From contig NZ_JANMWL010000073.1 of NCBI RefSeq assembly GCF_031393925.1, forward strand, positions 1-59,659: a stretch of DNA of 59,659 nucleotides, read 5' to 3'. Position 1 is the first letter of the stretch, and every line of letters starts with the position of its first letter. The notes beneath the pieces were generated by a model, which was not told the origin of the DNA, made no database searches, and saw nothing but the letters and a program-made list of their open reading frames with translations. This DNA comes from Methylibium sp. GTDB taxonomy: Bacteria > Pseudomonadota > Gammaproteobacteria > Burkholderiales > Burkholderiaceae_C. The position numbers and the translations under genes were made by a program. Shown here piece by piece: positions 41,698 through 52,696 of the stretch.

Positions 41698-42045
41698 AGC
41701 TTCGCTGCCGCGCGAATGGCGGTTCTACGTCGAAGACATGGGGGTCTTCTGCGACAAGGTTCTCACGTACACGCGGGGCTTCGAGCGCGCTCTTTCGCGG
41801 CCGACGCAATGCGCTACGACGCAACGCTCGGCGATCTCGAGCTGATCGGCGAGGCGGCCACTCATGTACCTGCCGACGTGCGGGCGACGGCACCCGACGT
41901 GCCGTGGCGCATGGTCATCGCCGTGCGCAATAGGCTGATTCATGGTTACCTCGGCATTGACGACGACACGCTCTGGGGCATCGTCCGCGACGACTTGGTG
42001 CCGCTGCGTGAGTGCTTGACGAAGCTGCTCGCCACAAGGCCGTAG
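41690..42045 (+). pseudogene. HepT/DUF86 HEPN ribonuclease toxin, frameshifted near 41790
   Basis: WRFYVEDM..KVLTYT in one frame; YDATL..LELIGEAA..VPWR..RNRLIHGY in another. Confidence 0.78.
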
Positions 42046-42299
42046 GAAGTCAATGCCTGAACGCGCAGGCGGCGCAGATCGGTGGCGCCGCCGGGCCGGC
42101 GCTGATCGACTTGGCGATCACGTTCTGAGTTAACGCTGTCAAACGCGGGCGGCGTGATCGCCGGCCCGCATTGCATTGCAGCACCGCGGCGCCAGCCGGG
42201 CTGTCCGCGACCGGCCGGCGCCGCGTCCGCACCCCCACGAACCAAATACCCGGCGGCAACGCCGGCCTGCCTAGAATGCGCGCCATTGCCTGCCCACCC

Positions 42300-42857
42300 A
42301 TGACGATGTTCGCCAACGCCGCCGACGCCTTCGACTACGAGTCGGCGCTCGAGGCGTGCGCGCGCGGCGAGCGCTTCGCCCTGCGAGCGCTCTACGACCG
42401 CGAAGCGCGCTGGCTGCTCGGCGTGGCGCAGCGCATCGTGCGCGACCAGGACATGGCGCATGACGTGCTCCAGGACGCTTTCATCCAGATCTGGCAACGC
42501 GCCGCGAGCTACCAGCGCGCGCTGGGCTCGGCACGCGGCTGGATCTACACCGTCGTGCGGCATCGCGCGCTCGACGAAGTGCGCAAGGTGCGGCGCGAGC
42601 TGCCGGTCGGTGACGATCTCGAGGCCATCGCCGACCACCACGCCCTGCGCGAAGCAAGCCATTCCCTCGCGCCCGACACCGCCTCGCTCGACCGCTGCTT
42701 GCAGACGCTCGAGGAGCGCAAGCGCGAATGCATCGTCTACGCCTTCGTCGAGGGCTACACGCACGAGCAGATCGCCGAGCGGCTCGCCACGCCGGTGGGC
42801 ACCGTCAAATCCTGGATCCGCCGCGGCCTGATCGCGCTCAAGGAGTGCCTGTCGTGA
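42300..42857 (+). CDS. ECF sigma-70 factor (SigK-like)
   Basis: DVLQDAFIQIW, WIYTVVRHRALD, GYTHEQIA..PVGTVKSWIRRGL. Confidence 0.92.
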   Translation: MTMFANAADAFDYESALEACARGERFALRALYDREARWLLGVAQRIVRDQDMAHDVLQDAFIQIWQRAASYQRALGSARGWIYTVVRHRALDEVRKVRRELPVGDDLEAIADHHALREASHSLAPDTASLDRCLQTLEERKRECIVYAFVEGYTHEQIAERLATPVGTVKSWIRRGLIALKECLS

Positions 42858-43600
42858 ACCTCGGCGAGCCAGAAGACCGCAGCGTCGCCGCCGGCGAATA
42901 CGTGCTCGGCACGCAAGACGCCGAGGCGCGCGCCGCCTTCGAGCAGGCGCTGGCCGCCGACGCCGCCTTGCAGGCCGAGATCTACGTCTGGCAGGACCGC
43001 TTGCTCGGGCTGGTCGGGCGCGTCGCGCCGGCCGAGCCGCCATTGCAGATGTGGCCGCAGATCGAAGCAAAGATCGCCGCACCGGTCATCGCACCGCGCG
43101 CGACCGGCGTGCCCATGCCCGGTACCGACACCGCCCGACCCTCCGCGAACGACCCGCTGTGGCGCCGGCTGCGCCGTTGGCAGATGACCGGCGGCTTGGC
43201 CATCGCCGCTTCGCTGGTGCTGGCCAGCCTGCTGGTGCTGCGCGCGCCCGCGCCGGCCGAGTCGCAGCGCTACCTCGCCGTGCTGCAGAGTCCCGACCTC
43301 ACCGCCGGCTGGGTGGTCGAGGCCAGTGCGCGCGGCGGTGTTCGCCTGGTGCCGGTGGGTACCACCGCGCCGGTGCCGCCCGGCAAGGCACTGCAGTTCT
43401 GGACCAAGCCGCTGGGTGCGGCCGGGCCCACGTCGCTCGGCCTGGTGCGCCCGGGGCAGGTGACCGAGCTGCCGGCAGCACGCCTGCCCGCACTGGGCGA
43501 GCAGCAACTGTTCGAGCTCACGCTGGAGCCGGAAACCGGCTCGCCGATCGGCCGGCCGACCGGGCCGATCCTGTTTGTCGGCAAGACGGTGCGGCTCTAG
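42854..43600 (+). CDS. RskA-family anti-sigma factor
   Basis: AGEYVLG, single TM, LQFW..SLGLV, LTLEPETGSP..PTGP; GTGA overlap with the sigma gene. Confidence 0.88.
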   Translation: MNLGEPEDRSVAAGEYVLGTQDAEARAAFEQALAADAALQAEIYVWQDRLLGLVGRVAPAEPPLQMWPQIEAKIAAPVIAPRATGVPMPGTDTARPSANDPLWRRLRRWQMTGGLAIAASLVLASLLVLRAPAPAESQRYLAVLQSPDLTAGWVVEASARGGVRLVPVGTTAPVPPGKALQFWTKPLGAAGPTSLGLVRPGQVTELPAARLPALGEQQLFELTLEPETGSPIGRPTGPILFVGKTVRL

Positions 43601-43700
43601 GGCACGCCCGGCGCGCCAGCACAGCGGGCCGCATTAAAGTGCGGCCTGCGCCGACCAGCGCGGCCGATCCAACCCGGCCATGAGCCGGGAGAAAGCTTGC

Positions 43701-45740
43701 GTGAGTTTCATCCGACCTTTCCAGGCACTCGCCTTGGGCGTTTGCGTGTTAGCCGCTGCCTTCACCGCCGCCGCGCAGCCGACCGCCGCAGCCCCTGCCT
43801 CGGGCATCGATTCGTCCTTCATCGACCCAGCGGTGCGCGTGCAGGATGACCTGTTTCGGCACGTCAACGGCGGCTGGCTCGAACGCACGCCGATCCCGCC
43901 GGATCGCGCGTCCACCGGCGCCTTCGAGCAACTCCACGAGGCGATCCAGCCGCAGTTGCGCACGCTGATCGAAGAGGCCGCCGCCGCGCGCCACGACGCC
44001 GAAGCCAGCCAGATCGGCGACCTCTACGCCAGCTTCATGGGCGAGGCCGCGCTTGAAAAATTGGGCGTCAAACCCATCGCCGCCGAGCTGGCCGCGATCG
44101 ACGCGGTGGCCGACCGCTCGCAGTTGGCGCGGCTGATGGCGCGCGCCATCCGTGCCGGCATCAGCATGCCGATCGCCCTGGACATCCACCAGGACGGGCG
44201 CGACCCGACGCGCTACATCGCCGATCTGTCGCAAGGCGGCCTCGGCCTGCCCGCCCGCGACTATTACCTGCTGGACGACCCGCGCTTCAAGCAAGTGCGC
44301 GGCAGCTACCTCGTGTACATGGCCAGGATGCTCGCGCTCGCGGGCGAACGCAAAACCGCCCACATCGCGCGCGCGGTGCTGGCTCTGGAAACCGCGCTGG
44401 CAAGGGCGCAGTGGACCCAGCTTGAAAACCGGGACCCGGTCAGGATCTATAACAAGGTGGAGCTGACGGCGCTGTGCGAGCTGGCGCCGGGTTTCAACTG
44501 GGCCAGCTTCCTCGCCGGCACGGGCCTGGCGGGCACGGTGGGCGATGTCATCGTCAGCCAGCCGAGTTACGTCACCGCCCTGGGCCGGCAGATAGAACAC
44601 GCCCCGCTCGACGTGTGGAAGGCCTACGCCAAGCTGCGCATGCTCGACGCCTACGCGCCCTACCTCGACAAGGCCTTCGTCGACCTGCGTTTCGCCTTCG
44701 CCGGCACCGCGCTGCGCGGCACGCCCGAGAACGCACCGCGCTGGGAGCGCGGCGTGGCACTCGTCGAAGCCTCGCTCGGCGACGGCCTGGGCAAGCGCTA
44801 CGTGCAGCGGCACTTTCCGCCCGCGCACAAGGCGCGCATGGAAAAGCTCGTCGCCCATTTGCTGGCCGCCTACCGCGAGAGCATTGCCGCGCTCGACTGG
44901 ATGAGTGCCCAGACCCGGCGCGAGGCGCAGGCCAAGCTCGCCCGCTTCACGCCCAAGATCGGTTATCCCGCGCGCTGGGTCGATTACGGCGCACTCGAGA
45001 TCCGCGCGGGCGACCTGGTCGGCAACGTGCGGCGTGCGCGTGAGTTCGAAAGCGCGCGCCAGATCGCCAAGCTGGGCCGCCCGATCGACCGCGACGAATG
45101 GCTGATGACCCCGCAGACCGTCAACGCTTACTACAACCCCGAGCAGAACGAGATCGTGTTCCCGGCGTCCATCCTGCAGCCGCCGTTCTTCGACCCCAAC
45201 GCCGACGACGCGGTCAACTACGGCGGCATCGGCGCGGTGATCGGCCACGAGATCAGCCACGGCTTCGACGACCAAGGCAGCCAGTACGACGGCGAGGGCC
45301 GGCTGCGCGACTGGTGGACACCGGGCGACCGCGAGCGCTTCAACGCCAAGACCCAGGCGCTCGTCGTGCAATACGGCGCCTACACGCCGGTGGCGGGCTA
45401 CCCGATCGACGGCGCGCTCACCTTGGGCGAGAACATCGCCGACAACTCCGGCCTCGAGATCGCCTACAAGGCCTATCAGCTCTCACTCGGCGGCCAGCCC
45501 GCGCCCACCCTCGACGGCCTGTCGGGCCAAGCGCGTTTTTTCTACGGCTTCGCGCAGGTGTGGCGCGGCAAGGCGCGCGAGGCGGCGCTGATCGAGCAGC
45601 TGAAGTCCGATCCACATGCGCCGGACGAATTTCGCGCCAACGGCGCCGTGCGCAACCACCCGGGCTTCTATTCGACCTTCGGCGTGAAGCCTGGCGACGG
45701 CATGTACCTGGCGCCCGAGGAGCGTGTGTCGATCTGGTGA
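43701..45740 (+). CDS. M13-family zinc metallopeptidase (PepO/neprilysin-like), secreted
   Basis: VNAYY, ILQPPFF, NYGGIGAVIGHEISHGFDD (HExxH), GENIAD; start GTG 43701 or ATG 43680. Confidence 0.95.
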   Translation: MSFIRPFQALALGVCVLAAAFTAAAQPTAAAPASGIDSSFIDPAVRVQDDLFRHVNGGWLERTPIPPDRASTGAFEQLHEAIQPQLRTLIEEAAAARHDAEASQIGDLYASFMGEAALEKLGVKPIAAELAAIDAVADRSQLARLMARAIRAGISMPIALDIHQDGRDPTRYIADLSQGGLGLPARDYYLLDDPRFKQVRGSYLVYMARMLALAGERKTAHIARAVLALETALARAQWTQLENRDPVRIYNKVELTALCELAPGFNWASFLAGTGLAGTVGDVIVSQPSYVTALGRQIEHAPLDVWKAYAKLRMLDAYAPYLDKAFVDLRFAFAGTALRGTPENAPRWERGVALVEASLGDGLGKRYVQRHFPPAHKARMEKLVAHLLAAYRESIAALDWMSAQTRREAQAKLARFTPKIGYPARWVDYGALEIRAGDLVGNVRRAREFESARQIAKLGRPIDRDEWLMTPQTVNAYYNPEQNEIVFPASILQPPFFDPNADDAVNYGGIGAVIGHEISHGFDDQGSQYDGEGRLRDWWTPGDRERFNAKTQALVVQYGAYTPVAGYPIDGALTLGENIADNSGLEIAYKAYQLSLGGQPAPTLDGLSGQARFFYGFAQVWRGKAREAALIEQLKSDPHAPDEFRANGAVRNHPGFYSTFGVKPGDGMYLAPEERVSIW

Positions 45741-45815
45741 GCCGGCGCCGTGGCCGGGCCAGCGCCTGCCTAGAATTCGCCATCGCCGCGCCGCTTTGTC
45801 GCCCTGCCTGCACCG

Positions 45816-47075
45816 ATGTCCGCTGACCTGCTCAACCGCCCGCTCCACGAGTTGCCCGCCACCTGCGACGTCCTGGTGGTCGGCGCCGGCCCGGCCGGCA
45901 GCGCGGCGGCGCAGACCCTGGCGCGCGCCGGGCTCGACGTGGTGCTGGTCGACCAGCACGCGTTTCCGCGCGACAAGGTCTGCGGCGACGGCCTCATCCC
46001 CGACGCCCACCGCGCGCTGCGCCGCCTGGGGGTACACGACGAGGTGATGGCGCTAGCACAACCCGCCGCCCACCTGCGCTGCGTGGCGCCACGCGGCAGC
46101 CACATCGACGTGCCCGGCACCTTGGCGGTGCTGCCGCGCAAACAGCTCGACCTGGTGCTTTGTCGCGCCGCCGCCGCGGCCGGCGCGCGCATGTTCGCGC
46201 CGCTGCGCTTCATGGAGCCGCTGCAGGACGCGGCCGGCACCGTGGTCGGTGCGCGGCTGCGCGCGGGGACACACGAAACGCGCGAGCTGCGCGCGCGATG
46301 GGTGCTGCTCGCCACCGGCGCCGTGCCACAGGCGCTCATCGCGGCGGGCGCCTGCGAGCGGCGCACGCCCAGCGCCGTGGCGCTGCGCGGCTACGTGAAG
46401 AACGACGCCATGGTCGGGCACATCACCGAGCTGGAAGTGCTGTGGCATCGCAGGCTCAAGCCCGGCTACGCCTGGATCTTCCCGTGCCCGGACGGCGTCT
46501 TCAACATCGGCGTGGGTGTGGGCCAGAGCCACGCCACCGGCCGCGACGGCCACAACGTCATGCAGAACGTGAACCTGCGCGATGTGTTCGCCGCCTTCAC
46601 CGATCTCTACCGCCCGGCGCGCGAGCTGATGGCCGGCGGCACCCTGCTCGGCGACCTGAAGGGCGCGCCGCTGCGCTGCTCGCTGCAGGGCGCGACCTAC
46701 GCCAAGCCGGGTCTGCTCGTCACCGGCGAGGCCGCCGGCACCACCTACGCGCTCACCGGCGAAGGCATCGGCAAGGCGCTCGAAACCGGCATCCTCGCCG
46801 CCGAAGCGGTGCAGGCGGGCCTGCAGCAAGGCGTGGGCGACGCCGCCGTGCGCGAGCGCTACGAAGCCGCCCTCCTCGCCCTGCGCCCGCGCTTCGCGGT
46901 CTACGACCGCGCCAACTCCGTCAACGAACACCCATGGCTGGTCGACCTGCTGGTGTGGAGCGCCCGGCGCAACCCGCAGCGCCTGGCGCGCATGAGCGGC
47001 GTGCTGGAAGAAACGCACCTGCCGGGCAACCTGATCACGGCGCGCGCGCTGGCACGGCTGGTGTTTGCGCGGTGA
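45816..47075 (+). CDS. Geranylgeranyl reductase-family FAD oxidoreductase
   Basis: VVGAGPAGS, FPRDKVCGDG, GYAWIFP, GEAAG..LTGEGI. Confidence 0.88.
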   Translation: MSADLLNRPLHELPATCDVLVVGAGPAGSAAAQTLARAGLDVVLVDQHAFPRDKVCGDGLIPDAHRALRRLGVHDEVMALAQPAAHLRCVAPRGSHIDVPGTLAVLPRKQLDLVLCRAAAAAGARMFAPLRFMEPLQDAAGTVVGARLRAGTHETRELRARWVLLATGAVPQALIAAGACERRTPSAVALRGYVKNDAMVGHITELEVLWHRRLKPGYAWIFPCPDGVFNIGVGVGQSHATGRDGHNVMQNVNLRDVFAAFTDLYRPARELMAGGTLLGDLKGAPLRCSLQGATYAKPGLLVTGEAAGTTYALTGEGIGKALETGILAAEAVQAGLQQGVGDAAVRERYEAALLALRPRFAVYDRANSVNEHPWLVDLLVWSARRNPQRLARMSGVLEETHLPGNLITARALARLVFAR

Positions 47076-47142
47076 GCGGCGATTTGGCACCGGCGACTGA
47101 TCAAATGACTTACCCACCGGCCCCGTCAGTCTGAACGCGACC

Positions 47143-47901
47143 ATGTGCCAACTCCTCGGCATGAACGGCAACACGCCGACCGACATCGTGTTCAGCTTCA
47201 CGGGCTTCGCGACGCGCGCGGTCGAACACAAGGACGGCTTCGGCATCGCGTTCTTTGAAGGGCCCGGCGTGCGCTGCTTCGTCGACCACCACAGCGCCAG
47301 CGAATCGCCGGTGGCGGCGATGGTGAGGCACTACCCGATCAGGAGCAAACATGTCATCGCGCACATCCGCAAGGCCACGCAGGGTCGCGTGGCGCTCGAG
47401 AACACGCACCCCTTCGTGCGCGAGCTGTGGGGGCGCTATTGGGTGTTCGCGCACAACGGCGACTTGAAGGACTACCACCCCAAGCTGCACGCCGCGTTCC
47501 ACCCGGTGGGCGACACCGACAGCGAGCGTGCGTTCTGCTGGATCCTGCAGGAGCTGGCCAAGAACCACGCCTCGCTGCCGAGCGTGCGCGACCTGACCGA
47601 GACGCTGCGCGAGCTGGCCGCGCCGATCGCGCGCCACGGCACCTTCAACTTCCTGCTCAGCCACGGCGACGCGCTGTGGGCGCATGCGTCCACGCGGCTG
47701 CACTGGCTGGTACGCCAACACCCGTTCGCGCGCGCGCGACTGCAGGACGACGACCTGACCGTCAACTTTGCCGAGCACACCACGCCGAGCGACCGCGTCG
47801 CCGTGGTCGTGACCGAGCCGCTCACGGCCGACGAGCCCTGGCAGGCGTTCGCGCCCGGCGAGCTGAAGGTATTCGAGGCGGGCAAGCCACTGCTCGTGTG
47901 A
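47143..47901 (+). CDS. Class II glutamine amidotransferase, YafJ-like
   Basis: N-terminal MCQLLG nucleophile, DGFG, AHIRKATQG, NTHPF, FAHNG, GDTDSE. Confidence 0.93.
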   Translation: MCQLLGMNGNTPTDIVFSFTGFATRAVEHKDGFGIAFFEGPGVRCFVDHHSASESPVAAMVRHYPIRSKHVIAHIRKATQGRVALENTHPFVRELWGRYWVFAHNGDLKDYHPKLHAAFHPVGDTDSERAFCWILQELAKNHASLPSVRDLTETLRELAAPIARHGTFNFLLSHGDALWAHASTRLHWLVRQHPFARARLQDDDLTVNFAEHTTPSDRVAVVVTEPLTADEPWQAFAPGELKVFEAGKPLLV

Positions 47902-48029
47902 GCAAGGTCGCGTGATGTAACCGCCACCGGCTGCGCGTCGCGCTTTGCTTGCAACTCGATACGCCAACGGGTGGGCGCGCTGTCACGCCGTGGGATGCTG
48001 CGCTCCACCCAAGACCCAAAAGGAACTTC

Positions 48030-49217
48030 ATGAAATTGCTTTCGATGACCAGCCTGGCGGCAGCCTTGTCCCTGACAGCCTGTGGCGGTGGCGGCGGCAC
48101 TGCCCCGGCAACGGTCAGCGGCATGGGCAGCGCGCGCATATCGATCACCGATGCGCCGGCCTGCGGCTACGAGCAAGTCAACGTCACGGTCGAGAAGGTC
48201 CGCGTCCACCAGAGCGACACGGCCGCCGACACGGATGGGGGCTGGTCGGAACTGGCGCTTTCGCCGCCGCGCCGCATCGACCTGCTGGCGCTGCAAAACG
48301 GCGTGCTGGCCGAGCTCGGCACGCTGCCCCTGCCGACGGGCACCTACACGCAGGTGCGTCTGGTGCTGGCGGCCAACAGCGGCGCGCCCCTGGCCAACTC
48401 GGCGTTGCTCACGGGGGGCGGCGAGGTCGAACTCAAGACGCCGAGCGCGCAGCAAAGCGGCAGCAAGATCAAGGCGAACTTCACCGTCGGCACCACGCAG
48501 GTGGCCGACCTGGTGCTTGACTTCGACGCCTGCAAGTCGATCGTCAAGGCCGGCAACTCCGGCCAGTATTTGCTCAAGCCGGTGATCGCGGCGATCCCGG
48601 TGTTCGCGGCGGCGGGCAATGCGATCCAGGGCTTTGTCGACCCGGCTTTGCTCGTGGGCGGCGTCACCGTGTCCGCGCAATCGGCCGGCTTCGCGGTCAA
48701 GAGCACGGCGCCCGACGCGAGCGGCAAGTTCGTGCTCTCGCCGGTCGCGGTGGGCAGCTACGACGTGGTGCTCACCGCGCCGGGCCGCGCCAGCGCCGTG
48801 ATCACGGCGGTGCCGGTGATCGACACGGCGCGCACCACGCTCGCCAGCACCGCTACGCCGCTGGCGCTGGTGGCCAGCAGCACTCGCGTGGCCAGCGGCG
48901 CCGCCACGACCAGCGGCAGCACGGTCATTCCCGAGGCCACGCTGCGCGTGATCCACAAGCTCGGCGGTGGGCCGAACGTGGAAATCGCCTCGCTCCAGGT
49001 CGACCCGAGCAACGGCAACTACAGCTTCACGCTGCCGACCGGCGCACCCGGCAAGGCGGCCTATGCGGCCAGCGCGACGTCCTACACCTTCACGCCCGAC
49101 GCGCCCGCCGCCGCCAAGTACACGCTCGAAGCGGTGGTGCCGGGCAAGCCGACGCAGCCGGCCGACATCGACCTGACCAGCGCCGACGCGGTGAAAAACT
49201 TCAGCTTTGCAATCTGA
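48030..49217 (+). CDS. DUF4382-like lipoprotein
   Basis: Lipobox LTAC, ITDAP, IDLLALQNG, LKTPSAQQSG, LDFDACKSIV, YLLKPVI. Confidence 0.85.
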   Translation: MKLLSMTSLAAALSLTACGGGGGTAPATVSGMGSARISITDAPACGYEQVNVTVEKVRVHQSDTAADTDGGWSELALSPPRRIDLLALQNGVLAELGTLPLPTGTYTQVRLVLAANSGAPLANSALLTGGGEVELKTPSAQQSGSKIKANFTVGTTQVADLVLDFDACKSIVKAGNSGQYLLKPVIAAIPVFAAAGNAIQGFVDPALLVGGVTVSAQSAGFAVKSTAPDASGKFVLSPVAVGSYDVVLTAPGRASAVITAVPVIDTARTTLASTATPLALVASSTRVASGAATTSGSTVIPEATLRVIHKLGGGPNVEIASLQVDPSNGNYSFTLPTGAPGKAAYAASATSYTFTPDAPAAAKYTLEAVVPGKPTQPADIDLTSADAVKNFSFAI

Positions 49218-49261
49218 GCGGTTGACGCTTTGCCGTTGTGATGCGCAACGGCGGCACGCCG

Positions 49262-50083
49262 TCAGCGCGCCCGGTTGAGCGCCAGGCGCGTTGCAAGCGC
49301 CGCCTGGCGTGCGGCGCTGGCAAAGTCTTTGCCGCCGCTCGCGTAGAGCACCGCGCGCGATGAGCTGACGATGATCGGCGCGTCGGGCCGCCACGCCGCG
49401 CGCACCGTGGCGGCCGCGTCACCGCCCTGCGCACCGATGCCGGGAATGAGCAGCGGCAGGGTCGGCGCAATCGCGCGCACCCGCGCCAGCTCCTCGGGGA
49501 AGGTCGCGCCCACCACCAGGGCGAGCTGGCCGCTGCGGTTCCACGGCCCCTGCGCCAGCGCGGCGATGTGCTCGTAGAGCCGCGGCGTGCCCTCGACATC
49601 GGCCAGGCGCTGCGCCTGCAAGTCACTGCCGCCCGCGTTGGAGGTGCGGCACAGCAGGATCGCGCCCTTGCCGGGCCAGCGCAAATAGGGCTCGATCGAA
49701 TCGAAGCCCATGAACGGCGACAAGGTCACCGCGTCGGCCTGGTAGCGCTCGAAGGCTTCGCGTGCGTACTGCTCGGCGGTCAAGCCGATGTCGCCGCGCT
49801 TGGCGTCCAGGATCACCGGCACCTCGGGCGCGACCTTGCGGATGTGCGCCATCAGCCGCTCCAGCTGGTCTTCGGCGCGGTGCGCCGCGAAGTAGGCGAT
49901 CTGCGGCTTGTAGGCCAGTACCAGGTCGCGGGTGGCGTCGACGATGGCGCTGCAGAAATCAAAGATGCGCGAAGCATCGCCGGTCCACGGCGCGGGGAAC
50001 TTCGACGGTTCGGGGTCGAGGCCGACGCACAGCAGCGTGTCGTTGCGGCGCTCGGCGGCGGCGAGGCGGATGAGGAAGCTCAT
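49262..50083 (-). CDS. pyrF: Orotidine-5'-phosphate decarboxylase
   Basis: [49 protein letters not shown]. Confidence 0.96.
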   Translation of the reverse strand: MSFLIRLAAAERRNDTLLCVGLDPEPSKFPAPWTGDASRIFDFCSAIVDATRDLVLAYKPQIAYFAAHRAEDQLERLMAHIRKVAPEVPVILDAKRGDIGLTAEQYAREAFERYQADAVTLSPFMGFDSIEPYLRWPGKGAILLCRTSNAGGSDLQAQRLADVEGTPRLYEHIAALAQGPWNRSGQLALVVGATFPEELARVRAIAPTLPLLIPGIGAQGGDAAATVRAAWRPDAPIIVSSSRAVLYASGGKDFASAARQAALATRLALNRAR

Positions 50084-50095
50084 GGGCTGGGTCCG

Positions 50096-50274
50096 TTAGT
50101 TTTCGTCCGACCGCGCAGCACCGATCACGACCGGTGGCGCGCGCCGGTAGTGGAATTCCCATGCTGGCTCGCCATCAGGCTTGAAACCGCGACGCCGGTA
50201 GAAGCGGTTGGCAGCGCCAGCAGCACCTCGGAATCTTCATCGCGGACCAGCTCGAAGCGGAACGCCGGAGTCAT
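50096..50274 (-). pseudogene. Internally deleted GNAT acetyltransferase remnant
   Basis: MTPAFRFELVRDEDSEVLLAL joined out of frame to ANRFYRRRGF..WEFHYRR (GNAT motif B); only about 180 bp. Confidence 0.6.
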
Positions 50275-50290
50275 CGCGTCGCCCGGCTGG

Positions 50291-51694
<1,404 letters not shown>

Positions 51695-51962
51695 TCAATT
51701 GTAGAAAGCGATCGGGCCGCCCGGCCGGCGTGAGCCCGACACAGCGCCGCGCGCTCGGCGTCCGGCTTGCAAACGCAAGGTCGATGTCCATCGTCTTCTT
51801 CCCGTCCTCGTTGTTTGTTCGCCGCGGTCGGGGCACGCAAACAGCCGCGCGTCCCCTGGAACGAGGGAGGCAAAGCGCCTGCAGGCACGCCGCGTGACGC
51901 TTTCACCACGGCCAGCCGTCCGGCTTCCATAGAATCGCGCAAATCTTTCAGCCGCCCACCCC

Positions 51963-52580
51963 ATGAAACTCATTGGTTCGCTCGCCAGTCCCTATGTGCG
52001 CAAGGTGCGCATCGTGATGGCCGAGAAGAAGCTCGACTACCAGTTCGTGCTTGACGACGTGTGGGGACCGTCCAGCGCCATCGGGGAATCCAATCCGCTG
52101 GGCAAAGTGCCGTGCCTGGTGATGGAGGGCGGCGAAGCGGTGTTCGACTCGCGCGTCATCGTCGAATACGTCGACATGCTCTCGCCCGTCGGCAAGCTCA
52201 TCCCGGCTGGCGGCCGCGAGCGCATCGAAGTGCGCACCTGGGAGGCGCTGGCCGACGGGCTGCTCGACGCAGCCATCATGGCGCGCCTGGAGCGCACTTG
52301 GGCGGGCCGCAGCGAGGCCGAGCGCAGCAGCGCCTGGATCGAGCGCCAGATGGTCAAGGTGCGCGCCTGCCTGGTTGCCATGAGCCAAGGTCTCGGCGAT
52401 CGCGCTTGGTGTGCGGGCAATCACTTCACGCTGGCCGACATCTCGCTCGGCTGCGCACTCGCCTGGCTGGAATTCCGCTTCCCCGAGGTCGAGTGGCGCA
52501 CCAGCCAGCCCAATCTGGCGCGGCTGGCCGACAAGCTGGCGCTGCGCACGACCTTCATCGACACGGCGCCCGTGGCGTGA
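51963..52580 (+). CDS. Glutathione S-transferase family protein
   Basis: SPYVRKVRI, NPLGKVP, FDSRVIVEY, FTLADI. Confidence 0.93.
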   Translation: MKLIGSLASPYVRKVRIVMAEKKLDYQFVLDDVWGPSSAIGESNPLGKVPCLVMEGGEAVFDSRVIVEYVDMLSPVGKLIPAGGRERIEVRTWEALADGLLDAAIMARLERTWAGRSEAERSSAWIERQMVKVRACLVAMSQGLGDRAWCAGNHFTLADISLGCALAWLEFRFPEVEWRTSQPNLARLADKLALRTTFIDTAPVA

Positions 52581-52585
52581 AATTG

Positions 52586-52661
52586 GTGACCCCCAGGCAC
52601 CTGCGGTGCCGCCCCCCGCGGGGGTGTTCAGCCCTCTTGGGGCGGCCCGGCGAGGACTGAA
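52586..52661 (+). repeat. Structured interspersed element (family of 1418 and 37560)
   Basis: GTGACCCCCA-GGCACC/GGTGCC-CCCCCCGCGGGGG-TTCAGCCCTC/GAGGACTGAA enclosing TTGGGGCGGCCC. Confidence 0.85.
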
Positions 52662-52696
52662 GCCGCCGCGCTTGATCGCCGCGCGCCTTCGCCGGT

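Noticed and set aside
42058-42130. Short coding-like stretch LNAQAAQIGGAAGPALIDLAITF
   Set aside because: Too short to assign (could be an MFS or TPP-enzyme remnant, or chance)
43627-43648. Hairpin GGCCGCA-ttaaag-TGCGGCC as an intrinsic terminator
   Set aside because: No U-tract on either side; function cannot be supported
51836-51851. PurR box upstream of purB (ACGCAAAC)
   Set aside because: Only a half-site matches, and PurR of this type is not expected in Betaproteobacteria
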